A DNA stretch of 64,000 bases from Waterburya sp. (GTDB lineage: Bacteria; Cyanobacteriota; Cyanobacteriia; Cyanobacteriales; Xenococcaceae): the NCBI GenBank assembly GCA_965217895.1, contig CBDCJV010000002.1, positions 4,096,001 to 4,160,000 of the forward strand, read 5' to 3'. The position numbers and the translations under genes are program-made. Every line of letters starts with the position of its first letter. Position 1 is the stretch's first letter. Below are positions 58,797-64,000 of the stretch, piece after piece. The notes below the pieces were generated by a model. That model was not told the origin of the DNA, made no database searches, and saw nothing but the letters and a program-made list of their open reading frames with translations.

Positions 58797-60911
58797 TTAA
58801 AATTTCTCACCGATACCAAATTGAATCTCATTACCTCCATTGTTGTTAATGCCATAATCAACCCGAATTGGTCCTAAGGGAGACTGTATCCTAACTCCTC
58901 CACCATAACCATAACCACTGCCAGGTAGTCCTCTGGCAATTGATGGTGAGCCAGGAACCTCAGTTTCTGAGCCTAATAGTGTGCCGTAATCAAAAAAGAG
59001 TGCGCCACCGACAATCTTGAAAATAGGGAAGCGATATTCAGCAGTAGCTTGGAAATAGCTTTTGCCACTGCCAACTTCACCGTCACCATAACCCCTAACA
59101 GAATTACTACCGCCTAAAATAAAGGCTTCATAGGGTGGTAAGTCACCTAAAATTGTTCCTGCTTGAAAATTAAAAGCCAATGTTTCTGGTCCATCGTTGA
59201 AGCGAACTATATTAATGGGAAAATAACGACTATAGTTAGCTCTAACCCGATTAAATAAGATATTGCCTGAACCAATGGGGATGGTTTGCTCTGTTCCCAA
59301 TCTTAGTACTGAACCTTTGGTGGGTTGTAAAGCATTGTTACGGCGATCGCGAGTTGCTCCAAAACTTAAGCTAAACAAATCATCTGTTCCACTACTACTA
59401 AAGGCAAGAGGGATGTCATTAATTCCGTTTATAGTGCCTAAAGGGGCAGAATCCCCATTACTATTTTTTGTCTGCACGTGCTGATATTCAAAACCAGTAG
59501 ATAAAGTCCATTCTCGCCGTGCAAAAGGATCGGCGGGTAAAGGACGAGCAAAGTTGATACCGCCTCCTGTACGGACTATACGCGGAGAATCGTTGCCGTT
59601 CAGGGTGTTAATATCGTCATTTCCATTAAACACTAGGGAAATCGAACGACGACGAAAAGCATTAACGGTATAAGAAGTACGGCTTTTGCTAGTAGCAATC
59701 CAAGGGTCAGTAAAGCTGAGATCGAAAAGTAAATTGCTTTGACCGATTTGCACTTCTGTTCCTAAAGTCTGATTGTTACCGCCTAGGTTTTTCTGCTGAT
59801 AGCTGACTGTACCAAATAAACCGCTAGAAGAGCTATATCCAGCCCCCGCTGCAATTGAACCACTGCTTCCTTCGACAACATCAATATTGACCACTACCTT
59901 ACTAGGATCTTTACCAGGACTAAAAGAAAAACGAGCATCTTCAAAGATTCCCAAGCCAAAAACGCGCTGAAGATCTCGTTGAGCCGTATCCCGTTTAAAC
60001 ACATCTCCTGGCTTTAGCTCTACTTCTCGCGTCACAATAAATTCACGAGTTTTGCCTTTGGCTGGTTTATCATCTTCATCAAGATATCTAACCTTGATGT
60101 CTTCAATTACTCCTTCTGCTACAACCAAAGTAACTTCTCCGTTCGGACTAACTTGAGGCGAACCAACAACCTGAGCTAGTTCGTAGCCATTTTTGCTATA
60201 CCACTCATTGACTTTGATGATACCTTGCTGTAATTTTCTTAGATTAAGAATTTGACCATAGTTCCCGCCAAAGAACTCCTGGACTTTTTCTGGAGGCAAA
60301 ACCCCTGGTTCTCCTTGAGGAACAGTTTGCACCGTTACCTTGTTAAGGACTGGATTGGGTTGAACTGCAAAAGTAATTTTTACGCCTAAAGGGGTGTCTC
60401 CTGGAGTTACCTCCACATTTTGAAAATAGCCAGTTGCATAAATAGCGTTGACATCTTGTTGAAGTTGAGTTCTGGTAGTGGTTCTACCAGGCTCGGTATT
60501 AATAGTTGCATAAACGATATCTTGAAGTTCTTTGTTTGCCCCTTCAACTGCTACTTCTGCTACTAGCACACGAGGTTCTTGTGGCGATGGCTTACTAGGT
60601 GACTGTGGTGGTTGTCCTTCTGGTGAGGGTGGTTGAAATTTAGGTAGCTTAATATTTGGGTCTACTTGGGTATCAGAATTAGGTTGAGATGGTGATGAGG
60701 CTGGGCGATTGGGAGCCTGAGCTATTTTAGTCGAATTAATATTTTTGAGTAGGGTTGCACCATTGGTAACGATGACCCGATCTGAAAGTCGATTGAAATT
60801 TTTGGTTTCTGCTCTAGTAGGTAAAGATATACCTAGAGCTAGGGTTGTAGCCAAAACTGTAATTAGAGTAGGAGATAGACGCACGTTTTTTAATCCTGTT
60901 AACACTTCCAC
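58797..60911 (-). CDS. bamA: Omp85/BamA outer membrane protein
   Basis: Pro-rich N-terminus, POTRA repeats, GGSNSVRGY, SPLGPIRVDYG, FGIGEKF. Confidence 0.92.
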   Translation of the reverse strand: MEVLTGLKNVRLSPTLITVLATTLALGISLPTRAETKNFNRLSDRVIVTNGATLLKNINSTKIAQAPNRPASSPSQPNSDTQVDPNIKLPKFQPPSPEGQPPQSPSKPSPQEPRVLVAEVAVEGANKELQDIVYATINTEPGRTTTRTQLQQDVNAIYATGYFQNVEVTPGDTPLGVKITFAVQPNPVLNKVTVQTVPQGEPGVLPPEKVQEFFGGNYGQILNLRKLQQGIIKVNEWYSKNGYELAQVVGSPQVSPNGEVTLVVAEGVIEDIKVRYLDEDDKPAKGKTREFIVTREVELKPGDVFKRDTAQRDLQRVFGLGIFEDARFSFSPGKDPSKVVVNIDVVEGSSGSIAAGAGYSSSSGLFGTVSYQQKNLGGNNQTLGTEVQIGQSNLLFDLSFTDPWIATSKSRTSYTVNAFRRRSISLVFNGNDDINTLNGNDSPRIVRTGGGINFARPLPADPFARREWTLSTGFEYQHVQTKNSNGDSAPLGTINGINDIPLAFSSSGTDDLFSLSFGATRDRRNNALQPTKGSVLRLGTEQTIPIGSGNILFNRVRANYSRYFPINIVRFNDGPETLAFNFQAGTILGDLPPYEAFILGGSNSVRGYGDGEVGSGKSYFQATAEYRFPIFKIVGGALFFDYGTLLGSETEVPGSPSIARGLPGSGYGYGGGVRIQSPLGPIRVDYGINNNGGNEIQFGIGEKF

Positions 60912-61176
60912 ACACCAAACAGAGCATTCAACAAGTTAACCATTTTATTTAGTTGTTGTCTCGCCTCTGATTTGTAAAATTGATATTTAATCAATCTTGG
61001 CTGATTTTGCTGAAGACTAATTGTCTTTAACCTGATAGTTAAATATCGGATAAATATGACCACTTATTTTACTCTATGTTCCCATTTTTTATTAATTGGC
61101 TATTTTTATTAGAGTGGAGCATTAAAGTTAAATAGTTGGTAAAAGCAATTAATAAAGGTAAGGTACTAAGGTACAC

Positions 61177-61911
61177 CTAACTATTTTTTATTTGCGTTAA
61201 AACTCGCTGTTGGACTTGCTGATAAGCAGCTTCTACCCGTCCTAGATCTTTACGAAAGCGGTCTTTGTCCATGACTCTTGATTGAGGATCGGCATCGTTT
61301 TTATCCCAAAGACGACAGGTGTCGGGGCTAATTTCATCTGCTAAAAGCAAATTTTGTTGGGCATCAAGACCAAATTCTAATTTGAAATCTACTAAAGTAA
61401 TATTGCATTTATCAAAAAAGCTTTGGAGGTTTTTATTAATTTTACGAGCCATATTCTCTATTTCTTTAAGTCTTTGAGGCGTTGTTATATCCATCAGAAA
61501 TAGGCGATCGCGTGTTAATAGTGGATCGCTGAGTTCATCACTTTTGTAGTAATACTCTACTAATGCAGAAGGCAAGACTTTTCCTTCTGGTAAACCTGTT
61601 TGGCGACATAGACTCCCTGCGGCAATGTTTCTGACCACAACTTCAATGGGTATAATCGTCACGGCTTTGACTCTCATCTGATTTGGTTGTGGGGTATCTA
61701 TATAGTGAGTCGGTATATCCCTTGAACCCAACCAGGCAAATAAGGCTGCGGTAATCTGACAGTTTATTTGTCCTTTTCCTTTTATCTGTCCTCGTTTTTG
61801 AGCATTAAAAGCCGTAGCGTCATCTTTATAGACTGTAAGCAGTATCTCTGGATTATCAGTAGCATAAAGGATTTTTGCTTTGCCTTCATACAGTTTCTCT
61901 GGCTGGGACAT
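61177..61911 (-). CDS. purC: SAICAR synthase
   Basis: LYEGKAK, KDDATAFN, LVDFKLEFG, LADEISPDTCRLWD, DKDRFR. Confidence 0.96.
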   Translation of the reverse strand: MSQPEKLYEGKAKILYATDNPEILLTVYKDDATAFNAQKRGQIKGKGQINCQITAALFAWLGSRDIPTHYIDTPQPNQMRVKAVTIIPIEVVVRNIAAGSLCRQTGLPEGKVLPSALVEYYYKSDELSDPLLTRDRLFLMDITTPQRLKEIENMARKINKNLQSFFDKCNITLVDFKLEFGLDAQQNLLLADEISPDTCRLWDKNDADPQSRVMDKDRFRKDLGRVEAAYQQVQQRVLTQIKNS

Positions 61912-62155
61912 CTCTAATAAATTGTCTAAAATATAGGTTAATAAAAAATTGGATTAAAAACTTAGGTTAAGGCTAGGTTAACAAAGCCTAAATATTTTGT
62001 TAACATCTAAAATAAAGCCCTGTTTATAGTAGCGTCATCAAGTAACTTTTGTGTTTGTATCTCGTCAAAAAAAATAATTGTTACAAATTGCTACGATCAA
62101 ACTAGGTTACATCTGAAATTGCTACAAATTAGTTTACACATCTCTAGTAGGTTCC

Positions 62156-62410
62156 ATGACATCTAATAAAAAAACAAACGATTTTATCTATCCTCGCCAT
62201 CCGTATCATGGCAAGGTTAAACCTGAAAATTTGGTTTTTAATTCTAATTTGCAAGAGTTTGCGCAAAAAATTAGTTATGTTTGCAACTTGGAAACAGGAG
62301 GTAAACTACCGCCTGAACAAGCTTATAAGAGAATCAAATCTTTGTGGAAAGAATTAAAAAAGAGTAAGAAAGAGTTAGGTATTGGACAAAACGGCTACGA
62401 CAAGCAGTAA
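62156..62410 (+). CDS. Small conserved cyanobacterial protein
   Basis: F.YP...Y.G...PENLVFNSNLQEFAQKISYVCNLETGGK....AY..IK.LW. Confidence 0.8.
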   Translation: MTSNKKTNDFIYPRHPYHGKVKPENLVFNSNLQEFAQKISYVCNLETGGKLPPEQAYKRIKSLWKELKKSKKELGIGQNGYDKQ

Positions 62411-62495
62411 GCGCACATAAAAGGCAATAGTATTTTCAATCAAGAGAGCGACTGCTATAACTAGTAAGACTATAAACTATAGCTATAGCTAAATA

Positions 62496-63521
62496 ATGTC
62501 TCGCTCCAAAGCTCTGCAATCATATATCCTAGTTCGTTTGCTTCTTGCCCCATTAATGTTGTTGACTATCGCTACTGTGGTGTTTTTACTTCTTAGGGCA
62601 ACCCCTGGAGATCCTGCCGATGCGATTTTAGGTACTCGCGCCCCAGAAGCAGCCAAAGCAGCATTGCGATCGCAATTGGGTTTAACAGATCCTCTCTGGC
62701 AACAGTATTTTGACTATCTCAAAAATTTACTCAGTTTTGATTTAGGAAGCTCTCTTTCCAGTCGTGGGTTATCAGTTTGGTCAGTAATTAAAGACTATTT
62801 TCCTGCCACCGTCGAACTTTCTTTTTGCAGCATGATTATTGCTCTATTGGTGGGGGTTTTAGTGGGTATGGTTTCTGCTTCCTCAGATCGTAAGTTTCTG
62901 GATGCGGGAGGTCGTTTGTTTGGAATTATTACCTATTCACTGCCTTTGTTTTGGGTAGGCATGGTCTTACAGCTAATCTTCGCGGTGAATTTAGGCTGGT
63001 TTCCCCTGGGTACTCGCTTTCCAATTAGTTCTCCCACTCCGCCTCAGGTAACGGGACTGTATTTAATTGACAGTTTGCTAGCAGGAGATATGGGGATGTT
63101 ACTCCACACCATACATTATTTAGCATTACCTAGTTTGACTTTGGGTTTATTGTTGAGCGGTATTTTTGAGCGTATTGTTAGGGTCAACCTTAAGCAAACT
63201 TTACAAGCCGATTATGTTGAGGCAGCAAGAGCTAGAGGTATTCCTGAAGGCACTATCTTGATTTCCCATGCAATGAAAAATGCCCTAATTCCTGTAATTA
63301 CAGTACTGGGGTTAACCTTTGCAGCATTACTAGGTGGTGCTGTATTGACTGAAGTAACCTTTTCTTGGCCAGGTTTAGGCAATCGACTATACGAGGCTAT
63401 TTCTCTGCGGGATTACCCTACTGTGCAAGGGGTAATGGTATTTTTTGGCGTTATTGTGGTGATTGCCAGTATTGCGATCGATATTATCAATGCCTATATT
63501 GACCCCAGAATTAGGTATTAG
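62496..63521 (+). CDS. Peptide/nickel ABC transporter permease (DppB/OppB family)
   Basis: PGDPA, DLG.S, YVEAARARG, TEVTFSWPGLG, RDYPTVQG, DPRIRY. Confidence 0.92.
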   Translation: MSRSKALQSYILVRLLLAPLMLLTIATVVFLLLRATPGDPADAILGTRAPEAAKAALRSQLGLTDPLWQQYFDYLKNLLSFDLGSSLSSRGLSVWSVIKDYFPATVELSFCSMIIALLVGVLVGMVSASSDRKFLDAGGRLFGIITYSLPLFWVGMVLQLIFAVNLGWFPLGTRFPISSPTPPQVTGLYLIDSLLAGDMGMLLHTIHYLALPSLTLGLLLSGIFERIVRVNLKQTLQADYVEAARARGIPEGTILISHAMKNALIPVITVLGLTFAALLGGAVLTEVTFSWPGLGNRLYEAISLRDYPTVQGVMVFFGVIVVIASIAIDIINAYIDPRIRY

Positions 63522-63784
63522 AAACTGTTTGTAAAGTCAATGTCAAGGGGATAGAAAAGTGGTGAAGATGATGGAGGTAGGGAAGAAAGGCGTAAAAACT
63601 TCACTACTTCAAACGCCCCAATCGCCTCAAACACCTCACTACCCCAAATACCCCAGATACCCCAAATACGACCCTACTCAACAGCAGGAAAATTTGATTT
63701 TCTTTTTACAAACAGTCTCTTTAACTTGAGAAAAAATTTGCCAATTCAAGTTAGCATATAGCCTGGGCATTCTACGAAATATTT

Positions 63785-64000
63785 ATGCAAGATCATCTAG
63801 AAAAAGCTATTCAACTCAAGCAGACGGTAGTAGATTTCGTTTATGATGCAGAAGGCGAAATGGCGATCGCCCTAGAAACCTACGCAGCACAAAAAGCTAA
63901 AAAGAATAGCTATGGTATTAAACAGCAAAATTTAACCGTTGATTTATTTCTGAGCGAGGGAAAAATACAGGCTCAAACTCCTTTGGATCTATTTTTAGTA
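63785..64000 (+). CDS. Hypothetical protein, runs off the window
   Basis: Open frame from ATG 63785: MQDHLEKAIQLKQTVVDFVYDAEGEMAIALETYAA... Confidence 0.7.
   Translation, partial: MQDHLEKAIQLKQTVVDFVYDAEGEMAIALETYAAQKAKKNSYGIKQQNLTVDLFLSEGKIQAQTPLDLFLV

Noticed and set aside
314..60939. Short antisense or overlapping ORFs in the track (e.g. 5028-5447, 14574-14810, 17857-18075, 58162-58603)
   Set aside because: Shadows of real genes, repeat-derived, or AT-rich noise.

Overview
AT-rich cyanobacterial chromosome segment: HIP1 GCGATCGC is frequent, and psaD, hpnH, a hik2-like kinase, sigG and a patA-type chemosensory operon are present. Bases 1-9.97 kb form an accessory, partly decayed island carrying an intact fumC-malic enzyme-YoaK operon, two extra copies of the fumC 5' end (one fused to an AraC regulator exactly at a HIP1 site), a pyruvate-decarboxylase stub and a duplicated ~140-bp promoter-like block. 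Bases 10-27 kb hold mixed genes, including a DTD-motif rhodopsin bracketed by two copies of a MITE-like repeat, vapBC, and brnA next to an amber-inactivated brnT. Bases 27-64 kb are mostly core genes. The two best candidates for something undescribed are non-coding or small-ORF features: (i) a ~260-nt highly structured RNA with a 23-aa ORF whose ribosome-binding site is sequestered, between cobB and hpnH, and (ii) a tandem, covarying hairpin motif with alternative pairing in the phoX 5' leader (riboswitch-like). All calls are from reading the sequence; no database searches were run.
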